A stretch of DNA of 64,000 nucleotides from Salpingoeca rosetta (GCA_033442325.1 JAWQFM010000001.1:1548138-1612137); one strand, 5' to 3'. Shown: positions 11,241-42,433, numbered from the stretch's first letter. Notes: a model not told the origin generated them from the letters alone. Numbers and translations: made by a program.

Positions 11241-12451
11241 GTTGTTGTTGTTGTTGTGTGCTGATGCTGTGATGTGTGGACCAGACGATGGTCGGTGCAC
11301 TGCCTCTAGCAAGAGGTACCGACCTTTTCTGCAATGTCCTGTGGCAGGCGAGCAAATGCTGTGTCCCGAAGGTGCTGCTCAATGCGATCCCAGGGCGGAG
11401 GCTGACCTTCTGTAGCCCCAAGCGCAGATGCAAGGACTGGCACAAACCACAAAGTGAGATGAAGCAATACCATGAGTATGGGCATGCACAGCCGACAACC
11501 TGACACAAAGCGCAGCAAGCAAGTGCAGGTAGCGGCCCTGACACGCATCACAGGGAAATCATGTCGCACAGACAAACGATGAACACACAAACGCACATGG
11601 CATACAAGCGCAAAGCACGCTTGCACAACATGTACAAAGCACGCAGTCATGCAGGAAAGCAAACAAAACATGCAAAGAGCATGGTAATACTTTGTGGATT
11701 GCAACTCACGCGCAAGTCGGCTGCTCGGCGATGCCTTTGAGCTGACTTGGCCCATGGAGTTAATGAAGGTTGGAAGCGGGCAGGAGGCGCGCGGTGTGTC
11801 TGTTCCCAGCGCTGCTAGGACCATGTCTCGAACCAAAGGTCTGATAACGCGGTGCTATCATGTGAGCGCACGTCCAATAGCTGTGCATTTCTCTGCTGAG
11901 AGAGCAAGCACCATCGCCCAAGCGTTGCAAGGTTCGCATATACAGGTTGCACAGTCACACAACCACACACACGCAGAGGCATTCGTATGCCCGCACACAA
12001 ACACATACACGATACGTGAACGCACGGCAGATAGTGTAGTTGTAGACCTGTCATCGAGGCAAAACGCGGCGAAAAAGGTGTCAACGTTCACGACATTGTT
12101 GTTGATGCATCCAATGCTCTTCAGCTGCTTCACAAGCGTCTTGATCTCCTTCTCCGTGTCTGTTCAAGATAGTGAAGCGCCACAGCGTATTGTCACAACC
12201 CGGGTTGGACGACGACACAAATGTAGACACGCTCACGCACAGACGTTGTCAATGAACTCACACACATCTGACGCTCGCTGGTCTTCCGGCAGCGATGATC
12301 CCGAGCCCTGCGCGAAATCACACACGCACGCACACACGCACATTTAGCTATGCAGTGCACAGATCGACACACACACAGAGGGAGAGAGAGAGACGGGCAG
12401 ACAGACACACGCACAGACACAAACACAGACACACACACACACACACACACA

Positions 12452-12541
<90 letters not shown>

Positions 12542-12543
12542 AT
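10852..12543 (-). CDS. Small N-myristoylated protein, calcineurin-B/CIB/NCS-like with degenerate EF hands (multi-exon; first coding exon is only ATG)
   Basis: Spliced M|[15 protein letters not shown]|[28 protein letters not shown]|[23 protein letters not shown]...WDRIEQHL...[13 protein letters not shown]...GTR*. MGxxxS motif; 'YTEKEIKTL' resembles the F(S/T)xxEIxxL motif of this family. Middle junctions are uncertain. Confidence 0.55.
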
Positions 12544-12625
12544 TGCCGCAACTGCCCTGGACACCACAAAATTTGAATGCCGCCAACTTGAAAATTTCGG
12601 CGATCGGCAACAGCTGCAAACGACG
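12544..12625. promoter_or_regulatory. 82-bp bidirectional region between two start codons with CHR-like and E2F-like motifs
   Basis: TTTGAA 12572-77, CTTGAA 12587-92, GCCGCCAA 12579-86, TTTCGGCG 12595-602. Confidence 0.45.
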
Positions 12626-18629
<6,004 letters not shown>

Positions 18630-19047
18630 TTGTCGAGTGTGATGTCGTGACGGTGTGTTTGTGTGTGCTTGTGTGTGCTCTCGCGTGTGGTTTTGGGTGC
18701 AGCAGCGTGACTGTGATATGGGTACTTTTTTGTTTCGTCGATCAGTCACAACAGCAACAGGCAGCAGAAAGAGCACTCTGCATCAATGCAACTGGAGAAC
18801 TTTGGTGGTGGTGGTGGTGGTGCGAGAGAACGAGAGAGGGACACGGGAAAGGGAGCACACAAACCAGGCAACGCCACCGAAATTCTAAACATGCGCATCC
18901 CCGAACGTCACTGAGGATGACGTCATGGTCACCGAGCGCCTTGCACGATGTTGCTGCCCACGTGGCCACATCTCTGCTCTTCTTCTCACTTGTTCATTCA
19001 CCGCTCGACTTCCAGCCTGACGCCCTTCCACAACCACAACCACAACG

Positions 19048-19637
<590 letters not shown>

Positions 19638-20323
19638 GCACCTTTGCTGATGATGTCAAAGAAGAAGGAAGCAAAGCGGAGTGCTCACGCGACCTCAAAG
19701 GGCCAAAAAGCGTTCAGTGCGCGACCCCCCCCCCCTGTGGCATGATTCTGTGGTTATCGCCGGTATCACACTGTCTCCTTTCTTCGACTGACGGGACTGT
19801 TCATAGAACAGCCCGGACTTGCACCCCCTCCCTTTGTACATCTCTTGTTCGTCCCTTGTCTTTCACAACGGTGGCACGACCAACCAACCAAGCTAGTTTG
19901 TCTCAGCTACCTTTCCCTTCCTCCCACTGCACCCCACTCCACCAGCACCCTTACACCGTGCCTCATTGGCAGCGTCCTTCGAGCTTTACACCACTGTACA
20001 CCTCCATCAACACCACACGCTCCAGTAAACAAGCAACCAACCAACACAAGCAACCAACCAACACACCATCGCACTTGTCAGCGTTTATGCAGCCAGTTAT
20101 CACACATGCAGAGACATGAACAGGAGGAGGGCACACGCAGACGCAACACGAACACACAGACACAGACACACGCAGCCGCACACAGACACACACACACACA
20201 GGCACACGCAGACGCACACACACACACACAGACACAGACACACAGACACAGACACACAGGCACAGACACACACACACAGACACACAGACACACACACAGA
20301 CACACACACAGACACACACAAGG

Positions 20324-23300
20324 TCAGTCGAGGTCGGAGTGGAAGCGTCCAAAAGGCAACTGAAACTGAGCAGGCGCAAACACCAAAGGAGGGCGCGTGG
20401 TCAGCCCACCACCATCACCACCACCATCACCACCACCATCACCATCGCCACCACCACCATGCGCCTGCATGGTCATGAACGGTGTCAACAACAAGCGGCG
20501 TACCCCATCAACGCAATGGACACCATCAACCATAACCGAGAATCCATCCTCGCGCCCCTGCCGCCCTGCCTGTGCCGCGTCTTCAACGACCTCCAGCCCC
20601 AGCTCATGCACCTCCATGCTGGCAGTCTGCCCGTCTTGTAGGCACAGCTGCAGGCGCAGATGCCCTTCGCGTGGCGCAACCCCATCGCCTTCACCACCCT
20701 GCACGGGGCACACGCTCAATGACGCACAAGAACACGGCGACGGCGTGTGGAATCGATGCAGCTTCCCTGCCTCATCTCGACAGATCACATCAATGCGCAG
20801 CTGCACGCTCGTCTTGCTGCTTTCCACCGCCGCCGCCACTGTGGTGTGCCGGTGCTTCCTCCTTGTTGCCGTGGTGGTGGCAGTGCTATCCGCTACACTT
20901 CCTGACCCGCTCACGCTCACTGTCACACCGCTCACCCACGGTAGCACCCAGGGCGCGCCGCAACCGTCAGCTTGATCGACGCTGGCCAGGAACACAGGCA
21001 CATGCTCCCGCGCAAAGGTGTCGTGTACGTAGTGCAGCACAACGCGCGAGAAGAGGGAGACGGGGTCGTTGCGTCCTCCGCCGTCAACACCATGCTCAAC
21101 ACCACCACATCCACGTACACCACGACCACGACCACCATCGTCAGCTGTTTGGTTCCATGCAGGGGTGTCCCCACCACGTGCGCCGGCAGCGCTCGCATCA
21201 TCATCGGGCTCACAAGCCCGCACAATGTCCAGCGCCATTGTGGCAGCCAGCAGCTGGCGAGACGTGCCGACAACCTCCCTCGCATACCACTCACTCTGCG
21301 CACACAGCACGCAGTGCCAGCAGATTTCACCGTCTCCGCCACTCGCACAGCTTGGCAGCGCAACTCGCGAGTCCTGCACATCACCGTCATCATTGTGCAC
21401 ACCGCGGCGCTGCTGTGATGTCGACATCAGCGACCACGCACTCGGCCGCTCGTCCTTCTCCGCAGCCTTGCTCACGTGCACAGCGCCATGAAGCAGCACA
21501 TCGTCGTTGTCCTGCAAGCTGGATGTGAGAGTTTGTGGATGTGCACTGGGGCCCGACTTTCTTGGCGTCCTCGTTTTGGCAGCCATCCCCCCTGTTGTGG
21601 ATGATGGTGGCGGCGGTGCTGCTGTTTCGGGTATTGCTGCTGTTGCAGCGCTTGTCACACGACAGCCCTTGTTGGCAATGAATCCACGTGTGGGTGATGC
21701 TGTGACGTGAGGAGTCGATGCCACAACACCGTCATCCTCCAACTCAAGAACAGCGGAGGTATCTTCCGCGCCACTCATGGTTGCATCGTTCATGTTGGCG
21801 CACACATCCGCAGCAACCGTGTTTTGATCGTGGGAGCCCTCACTGGCGCCTGTCGCTGCTGAATCGAGGTACCCGGCCCACGTCTGGTTGCGCCGCAGGT
21901 CCATGCCACCCTTGTGCTCGCCCCGCTCCCCCGCCCGCTTTGGTTCTGCACCCGGTGGTACTGCCGCTGTTTTCCCCAGCGCTCCACTGGCGCCTGACGA
22001 TGTACGATGACCATCATTTGCGCCACGAGCGCTCCTGCTGTTGTCGCCAACGCTGCTGGTGCTGCCGGGCGGGTTTGGCGGTGGTGGCGTGCTGGAGCCG
22101 TCGCCGTCAGCGCCAACATGTGTCTCCGTGTTACAATCACCATCGCCACCGCCACTCGCCCGCCCAGGGCGTCGCCTGGTAACCATGTTCAGGAGGGCGT
22201 GCATGGAGCCTCGTCGCTGCTGCGGTCGGTTGTGCTCGACGGTCGGCTCAAACACCACGTCCCGGCTCCGTGTCCTGGGTTTGCGGCGTGACTTCGACCG
22301 CCCCGAGAGCGTCAGCACCAGGCCACCTCCACTGCCCTCATCACGCCCGTCAATCCTTCCTTGCTGGTGGTGCTGCTGGTGGTACGTGTGGCGACGGTGA
22401 TGCACTGAAGCGCTGGCGGGCGTGGATGGCGGCTGTAATGCTGCGGACTTTGGTGTCCGTGTCCGTGCTCGTGTTCTAACCACGGACGCTGAGGACGAGG
22501 GTGTCTGCGGCGTGGTTTTCTTTGGCGTTGCTGCGCCGGTTGCACTGTCTTCAGGCCCCGCGTGGTTCTGGACACGGCAGTGCTCACGTTCAAGGTCGAG
22601 CGGAAGCAGCTTCAGGTGCGAGAGGGGCGTGCTTTGTGGGGCGGAGACGGCCAGATATGCAAGGGCAGATGCGCACGTGTGCAAGGCAGGCTGCCCTCCG
22701 ATCACGACCACAGGCATCGGAAGCGTGGTGGTGGCGCCGTGTGAGTGGTCACGATCTCGCGAGCACAAGGCTGCTGTCATGTGCGCCAGCACATCCTTGT
22801 GCACAAGCATGCGCTCATGCTGCCCGGACAGAGGATCATGGCCACCATCATCACCGCCCTGCCGACTCTCGTGATCACCATCGTGAGCAGCTGTGGTGGG
22901 CAGTGAACGGAGAACAAAGCGAGACGCGTCCTCGGAGGAGAAGCGATGCACCACAAACGGCGAATGCAGAGCACGCCACTCGTTGCCGACTGCAAGAAGA
23001 ATGGCGGGGGTGGGGGCACAATCGAGGGTGAGCAAAGAGGAGACGTGCATGTTGTCAGGCATCATGAAAAGACAGCAGCGGGAGGGGCAGTAGAAATGAA
23101 ATACTGCTGTGTAACGGAAGCGTACATGCCAGATAACATGAACAAGGCGAGAGAAATGACATGTAGAAAACTTGCAGTGGCAACACACGTTTTTGGTGGC
23201 TGCCGTCGTCTTGTTGTGCTGTTTCCAGCGTCTTCAAAACGGATGTCAGTCGGTGGGCCAGTTGCTCATGGGCAGTCGATTCCGGCAGCCGTGCACACTG

Positions 23301-23829
23301 TTCGCTGCAGTGGGAGCAGATACAAACCACAAATAAAAAACGCAAACAAGAATTAGCACAACAACAACAAGCACGCACGCGCACACGTGAGTGAGGTGTG
23401 AGTAGAGCTGAACAGGGGTAGTTGGAAGCTCGAATATCGTGACCAACACCTGACATGGAAATGGTGGATACATGTATGTGCAGTTCACAGAGAACAGTAC
23501 ACCACATGCGTGCGCACACCTTGTGGTCAGGAGGTCTCGGCAGCATCGGAACACGGTGGGTGCTGGTGCCTGTTCAAGTGCAGTGTGCACCCGCGCGAGC
23601 ACTGCACTGTCTTTGGTGTAAGCCTGCACGTGAACAATAGGGCATGATGGTGGTGTGACGGAGTGAGGAGACGGAGAGTTGATTAGACAGACAGCAAGTT
23701 GAAGCTAGCAAGAAAGAGCCACACATCCTGCTGTTCGCATCACATTCAGACACACAGACAGACACAGTCACACACACAAACAGACAGACAGACAGACAGA
23801 CACACAAACAGACAGACACACACACACAC

Positions 23830-23923
<94 letters not shown>

Positions 23924-24762
23924 GCTAGCAGCTCACCTTGAAGCAATCTTTCAGCAGCCCACGCGCACGGAGTGCATGGGGACGAACGCTGTTGCCACTG
24001 CCATCACCACCACCATCGTTGTCCTTCCGCTTCTCCTCTCCTTCTTCCCCTTGCTGCTGCTGTTGCAATAGCACGGCTGCCGCCGTTGCTGTTCGCGTTG
24101 AAAGTGTTGCCATGCGTGACGACAGCTGCTCAAGCAACGCGTCTGCTGTGACAGCGTCCGAGCCGTCTGTCACGTCAATGAACACGTGCACGCGCGTACA
24201 TGCGCGGCGAAGCATGTGGCAGAAGGGAGATGATGCAACCTCCTCAATGCGTCGCAGAAGGCGGACAGATGGACCGGAAATCCGCACATCTGCGCGACAC
24301 AACGGCCGCAGCGTGTGGTGCAATCTGGACAGCGTTGTTTCCGTGATGTGCGCGCATGCAGCGAGTGCATTCGTCAGCATGAACACAGCATGTAGTGGCG
24401 GCAAGTTGTAGTTTGGCAGCGAGAGCAGCAGTTGCGGGGGCGCTGCGCGTGCTCCGTGCTGTGCGAGGGAGGAGGAGGAGGATGACGCCTGCACTGGCAC
24501 GGCTTGTGCTCTCGTTGCTGCCGCATGTGGAGTGTGCGGATGACAGTGCGGTGGTCGAGGCAAGGCCGCAACACCAGCAACCGCCTGCGCCACATCCAGC
24601 AGCACTGAAGACGCACATACAGGCGCCTGCCATATCTGCAGTGCTTCCTCCTCTTTCTCCCCTCCTTCCCTCTCATGCCGTAGATTTTGCTGCCGCTGTG
24701 GATCGCCTTTCTGCCACAGGCTCTGTTGATCACGAAGCTGTTGTTTGTGTTGCCTGTGCTTG

Positions 24763-24794
<32 letters not shown>

Positions 24795-25152
24795 ACGGCT
24801 GGATGGGAGGGCCACCCGTTGACGTGTGTGCATCGCCCACAGACATCGCAGCTCGTCACCAACATTGCAAAGCACCGCTGGGACGGTGTCTTTGGCGCGT
24901 GGCTGCCCCAACCGCTTGAGAACGCGCCCCTCCTCCTTAGCGTCTGTGCATGCAGGCACGCTCCGCTCACCTGCCCACTGCAAGAAGCAGGACCGAAGCG
25001 GCGGCGTGGCTGCCAGTGCTGTTGCTGTTCCGAGCAGCAGCGAGATGGAAGACAAGAGTGTGTTTGCAGACAGGTGACACTCGAAGAATTCAGAGACGGC
25101 AGACTGATGCTTTCCCCCTCGTTGCTGACCCTGTTGCTGATTCTGTTGTTGT

Positions 25153-25184
<32 letters not shown>

Positions 25185-25580
25185 TTGTTGGTCCAGCATG
25201 ATCATTGCAGAGTCGTGTGCAACCATGCTTGCAGTTCGAGACGTGAGCGGGGATGAGGGTACTGCAGCTGACATGTCTTGCGCTTGCGCTGCCGTCGCTG
25301 CTGATACCGTCTTGCTGGTGAGCAGTGCGCTGGCACTGGCGTGCTTTCCGTGCAGGTGTGCAGCAGCAGGGCGGTGGAGGATGGTGGCGAGCGCAGTCTC
25401 GAGGGGTGCAAGTGCCGGCGTGGACGCAAGCGTACCGGCACGCAGATCCAGATACCTCGTGACAAGAATAGCAGCGAGGGAGGTGGCAGTTGTTGCATCC
25501 GACACGGCGCGCGACCATATGCTCATGTCACCAACACGGCGCAGCTGCGAGCGGAAAACCTCTCCAGCCCCTTCCTCTCG

Positions 25581-25618
<38 letters not shown>

Positions 25619-27470
25619 GCTGTCGTCGTCGTAGTTGGTTGCTGTTGGGAGAGAGGATGCAGTGTGCGAGGTCGAAGCAGGCGTCTGCGGCAGCGGCAGC
25701 AGCTGCCTGCTTGCTGTCCCGGCCACCGACAATCATGGACGCACGCGCAGGCGATGAAATGGCCGGAGCATGTGCTGTGTGGGCTGCGTGTGCGCGTGAT
25801 CTCAAGCTGCCGGGGCGCAACAGAAGCGGGGTGCTCTGTGCAGCACTTCCTGTTGGTGCTGGTATTGTTCGTGCGGCTGCGGGATCTCGAGTGGGAGTGG
25901 CCGTGCTGGTGGTGACAGTGTGTTGGTGGTGCTGCTGGTGGTTGCAAAGGTGCTGGTTAGTATGGCTGCTCGGAGTAGGCTGCCAGCTAGTTGAAGGGCC
26001 AGTGACTTCAGCATTAGCTGTGGGGTGTCTGTAGAAGCTTGCCCACACCACACGCTCTGCTGCGCCGGGGATGCTGGAAAGAAACGCCCCCATGTCACGG
26101 CTGGCAGGGAAGCCGTCGAAGACAAGCAGGCCATCGCCTTGCGTTGAAGGATATGCCGCGAGGCAGGCAGATATGCGCGCACGTGCGCGATCCAGGATCG
26201 CCCTTGGAGTGATGCTGGGCAGGAGTGGGTGCGAGAAGACTACTACCCACTTGATGTTGGCGTGCCCCAACAGAGCGACTGGCTGTGCAAACACAAGACT
26301 CGGCCGGGTGTTCACGGGATCGAGGGACGATAGCGAGGTGTGCAACGCCGAGAACGTTGCAGTTGACAACGACGACGACGACGACGATGATGGTGATGGT
26401 GATGATGTGGGGTAGGAAGCAGAGGACTTGGTTGTCGTGCTGGAGGCCGGCTGGGGCGCAGCACGGTGCTTCTCGGCAAAGTAGCGCAGCAGCAGGATCC
26501 GAGCGGCGTTTGTTGGTGATGGTGCTGGTTGCTTCCGGTGCTCCAGAGATGAGGTGGACTGGGATGCCGCCCCAAGATCTGTGGCTGTGCTGTGGGTGGA
26601 AGCTGTTGTTGTTGCTATTGCGTGCTGTTGTGTGGTCACAATGGCAAGAGAGGACGTAGGGTGTGCTGAAACGGTGTTGGGGACAAACGATGCGCGGGCT
26701 GTGACAGCGTGTTGCTGCCGCTGCTCATGCTGAGCGTGCTTCCACTGCTGTGGGGTGTCGCCGGTGAGTGCACGCAGTGCTGAAGCCACGGTACGCTCCT
26801 GAGCGTCGACCGCGTCTGTGCAGGCAGCAAGATGGCGAGCGTACGCTCTGGCTTCTGGGGACTGTGCCACCTGCCGAAAGACGGCGTATCTGAGCTTGAC
26901 GTCTTTGCCTGTCAGGGAGGGCGGGGTTGTGGCGTGCCTGTCTGCGACTGCCGGGGTGGGTAGCATGATGGGCTGATCATTGGAGAGCATGTCCATGACC
27001 GAGCGCAGTTCCGAGCTAGACATGGTGGCGAAGAGCTGCAGCACATCTTCGCCAATGAGCTCCGCTGCCAGTGGGATAAACGGCACGCCGTACGTCTGCG
27101 CCAGCGCGCGCGTGTGCACGTTCAGGGATCGCATGGCATCCAGCTTGCTGGCGAGCGCCGTCATGTGGGATGGTGCGCTGCGGGCGATCCATTCGCGGAC
27201 CATGACATGCAGCAGCGGCGGCTCTGTTGATGGGAAGGGTCGCACGTAGCTTTCCAGGTAGCTGAGGCCATCTTGATTCAAAGCCTTGAGCAAGGCGCCG
27301 TCCAACGCGTGGGCGGCGCGGCCGACTTGTGCCGCCTGGTCTTGGTCGTGTGTTGGTGCCGCAGCTGCGTCTGCAAGTGCAACGTGCTGGAGCACGTTGT
27401 GCTTTGTCAAGATGGATGCCACATCCCCGTCTGCAAGCTGTGTCTGTACCAGTACGCCTTCCCTCTCCAT
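20324..27470 (-). CDS. Very large hypothetical low-complexity protein (~3.5-kb exon 23938-27470, short middle exons, ~2.7-kb last exon); possible remote PI3K p101/p84-like C-terminal part
   Basis: Two long coding-like ORFs (1276 and 954 aa) on the same strand, linked by plausible small exons at ~23190-23630. Probable start MEREGVLVQ at 27470. Whether this is one gene or two is not proven. Confidence 0.55.
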
Positions 27471-27515
27471 ACACCCAGAGCGTGTGGTTGTGTGTGTGTG
27501 TGTGTGTGTGCTGGA

Positions 27516-27566
<51 letters not shown>

Positions 27567-27705
27567 AGTGTGTGTGTGTGTGGTTGTGGTCGTGTGTGTG
27601 TGTGTGTGTGTGTGTGGTTGTGTGTGGTTGTGTGGTTGTGTGTGGTTGTGCGTTTGTGTGTGCATTCCCTCGTTCCTCTCTCTTTTTCTTGCACAAGCAG
27701 CAGTG

Positions 27706-29987
<2,282 letters not shown>

Positions 29988-30009
29988 GCTCGGGCGGCGT
30001 GTTCACGTG

Positions 30010-30061
<52 letters not shown>

Positions 30062-30478
30062 GTGTGTGTGTGTGTGTGTGCGTGTGTGCGTGTGTGTGTG
30101 TGTGCGTGCGCGTGTGCGTGTGCGTGTGCGTGTGCGTGCGTGTGTGTGTGTGCGTGTGTGTGGGTGTGTGTGCGCGTCAACGCGTGTATGTGTGTTTGTG
30201 GGTGACGCCTGTGCCATATCTTAGTGAGGTAAGGAGGAATAGGCGTGTCAGTGTGTTTAAAGAGGATGAAGCCCATTCGCAAAAACAAAGAGAAACAATA
30301 GCAAAACGGAAAAAAATAAAACAACCAACTAAGTAAGGAAAAGCCAACTATAGAAATGCAAAAATGATGTAGTGGGTTGTGTGTGTAAGTCAATGTGATG
30401 GCGTGTGCGCAAAGGTGTGTGTGCGTGCTCACTCCCCGAGCTCTGCAAGGACGGCAGCGAATGCGCTTCTCGTAGTCG

Positions 30479-38706
<8,228 letters not shown>

Positions 38707-39051
38707 GCTGGTACCTCCCTTCTCTGCTTATGCCGCCGAGGTCCCTTGTTTGTTCGTCTCCCTTTGCGTACCTGTCCTTCACTGTGTCTCTCGTTTGTGT
38801 TTGTGTTTTGCTTTTTTTCCTCCCAGCAACAACGCACAACTCAACACGTCTGCTCTTCTTCTTCTTCTTCTTCTTCTCTTTTTTTGTGTGTTTTGTTTCG
38901 TGACCGTCAAAGCTCGTCAGTGGCCAGTGGCCAGTGGCAGGCGACAGAGGTGGGGATGAAAGGTGGAGTAGGAAGGAGGAAAGAAGCAGGGAACAGTGCA
39001 AGGTAGTAGACACACACGTACACACACACGCACACACGCAAGGGGGTTCTC

Positions 39052-39531
39052 TTATTCGGCAGCGTGCTTGCTCTGTTTGTTCTTGAGCTCAGCCTGTGCG
39101 TCGAGCTTGGCCAGGTACGCCTGCCGCTTCGCATACCACTCCTTCGACCCGTCCGCCGCCATTGCCTTGTCAAGCAGCTCATCCGCTTTCGGATCAACCT
39201 GGACACGTGTGTGTGTATGTAGTGTATGTGTGTGTGTGTGTGTAGTGTGTGTGCGACACAGCGTGAATGAAGATGGAAATGTTATTCACACTTCCAGCGA
39301 CTGGCAGCACACACAAGTCCACGTCTGTACCTGCGAGAGTTCTCTGAAAGCCTCGTCGCCGACGAAGCAAATCTCGTAGCCATCCTGGACAGAGGAGCAC
39401 GTGCACATTCGTGTTCAGTGAGATCAGGCACCAGGTAGAGCAGCAAACCCAATCATGTACGGAAGTGGGCATACGAAAGAGCACACGCACACGCACAGAC
39501 AGAGAGACACACAGACACAGAGAGAGAGAGA

Positions 39532-39562
<31 letters not shown>

Positions 39563-41223
39563 ACACAAGTACACAACCACGCACACACACACAACACACA
39601 CAGACAGGCACAGGCGCACACACAACACACACAGGCACAGGCGCACACACAACACACACGCACACAAGAAAGCATACATACACACACATACACACACACA
39701 TACCGGGTCTGCGAGGATGACCACTTGGACGGTGGCCTTGCCAGGGGTGTCCAAGCTGATGAGAGGGGTCAGCACCTTGTGGCCCGCCTCCTCAGCCTTC
39801 TTCTGCTTCTCAGGCAGCTGCGCGCAAAACACACACACATATGCATTAACATGCAAACCCACGCACATGCACATGGGAAGTGGTGTCAAGTGACAATGCT
39901 TCGGTGCAAGTAGGGACAGGAGTTGTTTGATGGAGACGACCAACCTCAGCTGCAGGGCAGGCAAACGCGACGCGCCCGTAGGCGGAGGCGTGATTCAGGG
40001 GCTCAGCAATCTGGTGGAGCACGAGGGTTGCCTGATCCTCGCCATACGACAGGCTGGCTTCCTTGTCACTCTTCTCCACAACACTCATTCCGAGCAGTCC
40101 ATTCCAGTACTCTGCAGGGTGGTAGGGAAACAGCACAAGGCACTCGCCATGTCAGCACAGCTGCTGTAATTGTGGTCGGGCGCTGCGCATGTTGCGGTGC
40201 ACTGTGCACTGAACGACTTTCCAACCACACATGCACATGTGTAAGCACGGGCACATGTGCAAGCACATACTCACAGCACACAGACACACAGCACACAGGC
40301 ACAGCACAGACACACAGCACACAGACACGCTCACTCACAGCTAAGAACGTGCACGAACCAAGGGACTTGGCGAGGGAGGTCACGTTGAGCACAAGGCCAG
40401 TGACTGGGTCCATGCCTTCAGCAACATCGGCATTTGTCTAGGAGATGATGCAGAACACAGCATCAATGACGTGCAGGGTGCGTGAGAGCACGCCCCTTCA
40501 ACAAACATGGCTAGCGGTAGTAGTGGTTGGAAGCGGCATGACCAGCGGTGGAGCTTGGAACACATGGGTGAAGGTGCATTTGTGCCCAATACGTACAATT
40601 TCAAAGTTGTAGCCGCCTGGCGCTTGGACCTTCAGCTGGGCGTCTGACAAAGACTGAACCGGGAACTCATCCTTGAACTGCATGGCGTTCTTGAAGGCTG
40701 CCGTTGACGACACCTTGATGCAGTTGTAGTCGTTCCCCAAATCGTAGTGCTTGACGCCATAGTTGTACGTCAGCTCAACTACAAAGTGGTTGTCCTCTGG
40801 GCCATACCCCACCATGGACTTGGACCACTTGCCGTCATATGGCCTGAGATATTTGTTGGGTGAGGGGGTTGGTTCATCAGAGGCCACGTGCGAAGCACAA
40901 TGAGATACATCACAAGCAAGCAAGCAAGGCACAACAAATTCAAGCAGACAGTTTGGCTGTCAGACACACAGACAGACACACAGACACACAGACAGACACG
41001 GACACACAGACAGACAGACACAGACACACAGACAGACACAGACACACAGACACACAGACACACAGACACACAGACACACAGACACACACCCGTTGCACTG
41101 GGCGTCGCAGCCTTCCTCGAACTCTTCGTGGCGAAGCACACGCATGCCAAGCACGCTGCGATAGAACTTGATGGTCTGGCCGCGGTCTGCGACCTTGAAC
41201 ACCCAGTGAAGCATCCGTGGCAT
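39052..41223 (-). CDS. GLOD4: Glyoxalase domain-containing protein 4
   Basis: [105 protein letters not shown]. Confidence 0.95.
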
Positions 41224-41499
41224 CGCTGCTGACCCTGAAGAAGAAGAACAAGAACAAGATGGAGGAGGAGAAAGGTGGCAGTGGTGGTCGCGGTGGTGGT
41301 GAGAAATGGATGGGGAAACGTCTTGTAGTCCTGCCTTGTTGCTTGCCTTGTCTGATGAGAAATGACAGCAAAGTCAAAATTGACTTGAAAAAGCGAATTT
41401 GCCTTTTCCATCAACATCGTGCAAGAAAGAAAGCAGACGAAGCGACCACGCTGCACAGAACCCCACACAGCACACCAAACAAGCCACAGCCAGCCAACC

Positions 41500-41959
41500 A
41501 TGTTCGAGCAGCGCCAAGCGTCTCCCGAGGAGCAGGCCGCCATGCGCCAGGCGGTGATCCAGAACGTCGTTGTCTTTGGTGTTGTCGTCGGTCTCATCCG
41601 TGCAGGTTTGTTCCCTCTGTGCGAAATTGCATGCATGTGGGTGGGTGTGTTTTGAGCGTGTGAGTTTGTGTGTGTGTGTGTGTGTGTTTGTGTGTGCGAG
41701 CGTGAGGTTGAGTGCACGCATGCGCATGTGCACTGCGCATGTGCACACGCGTACTTCCATGCACGTCGAAGCGCGCAACTCCACGTTTCCATGTGTGACT
41801 CAAGTGTCGAGAGTTGCCAAGGTTTTATTGTCGCATGCACTCCATCTTGCTTGTCCCACTCACATTTGTTCTGTTCATCGTTGCTGTTGTTGATTTGCAC
41901 GTGTTGTGCACGCACGTTCAGGACCCAAGGTGGTGTCCTTCATCTCGGAGAGCCTCTAA
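41500..41959 (+). CDS. TOMM5: Mitochondrial import receptor subunit TOM5 (47 aa; exons 41500-41605, 41922-41959)
   Basis: MFEQRQASPEEQAAMRQAVIQNVVVFGVVVGLIRAGPKVVSFISESL* follows the Tom5 pattern (MF..PEE..R..V...V.NF....LLRxxP). Confidence 0.75.
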
Positions 41960-42433
41960 GCGAAGCCCACGACCACTCACACACCCTCGCACACAAATGC
42001 ACCCGCACTACTGGATGCTCTTCCTCGTACCAACCTGTGTCAAACCCTGACCACCTACCTACCTTTGTGCCTTTCCAACTCTTTTCCAATTCTTGTCCAA
42101 CCCGACTTCTCCCCTCTTTCCACAAACGTGACACACCCGCCCACCATTTGTTGGCTTCCCATGCTGTTGTTAATAGTGCTTCACACACTATGTGACTCGT
42201 GAGACGGACAGGAAGTGTCCACAAAATTACAATAGGACACAGGCAAGAGCACATTGCGGTCACTGTGAAGTTTCGCACATCAACAGTGATATCGTGGTCA
42301 CTGCGGGGTTCAAACACGACCACAACACAGTGGCGCATCTGTGGGGTTAACGCGGCCAACATCCCGTGACAGCGCCTTCACGCGGTTTCGTGCCAAGTCG
42401 CCAAGGTTCACTGGATGGGAATTGCGGATCCTG

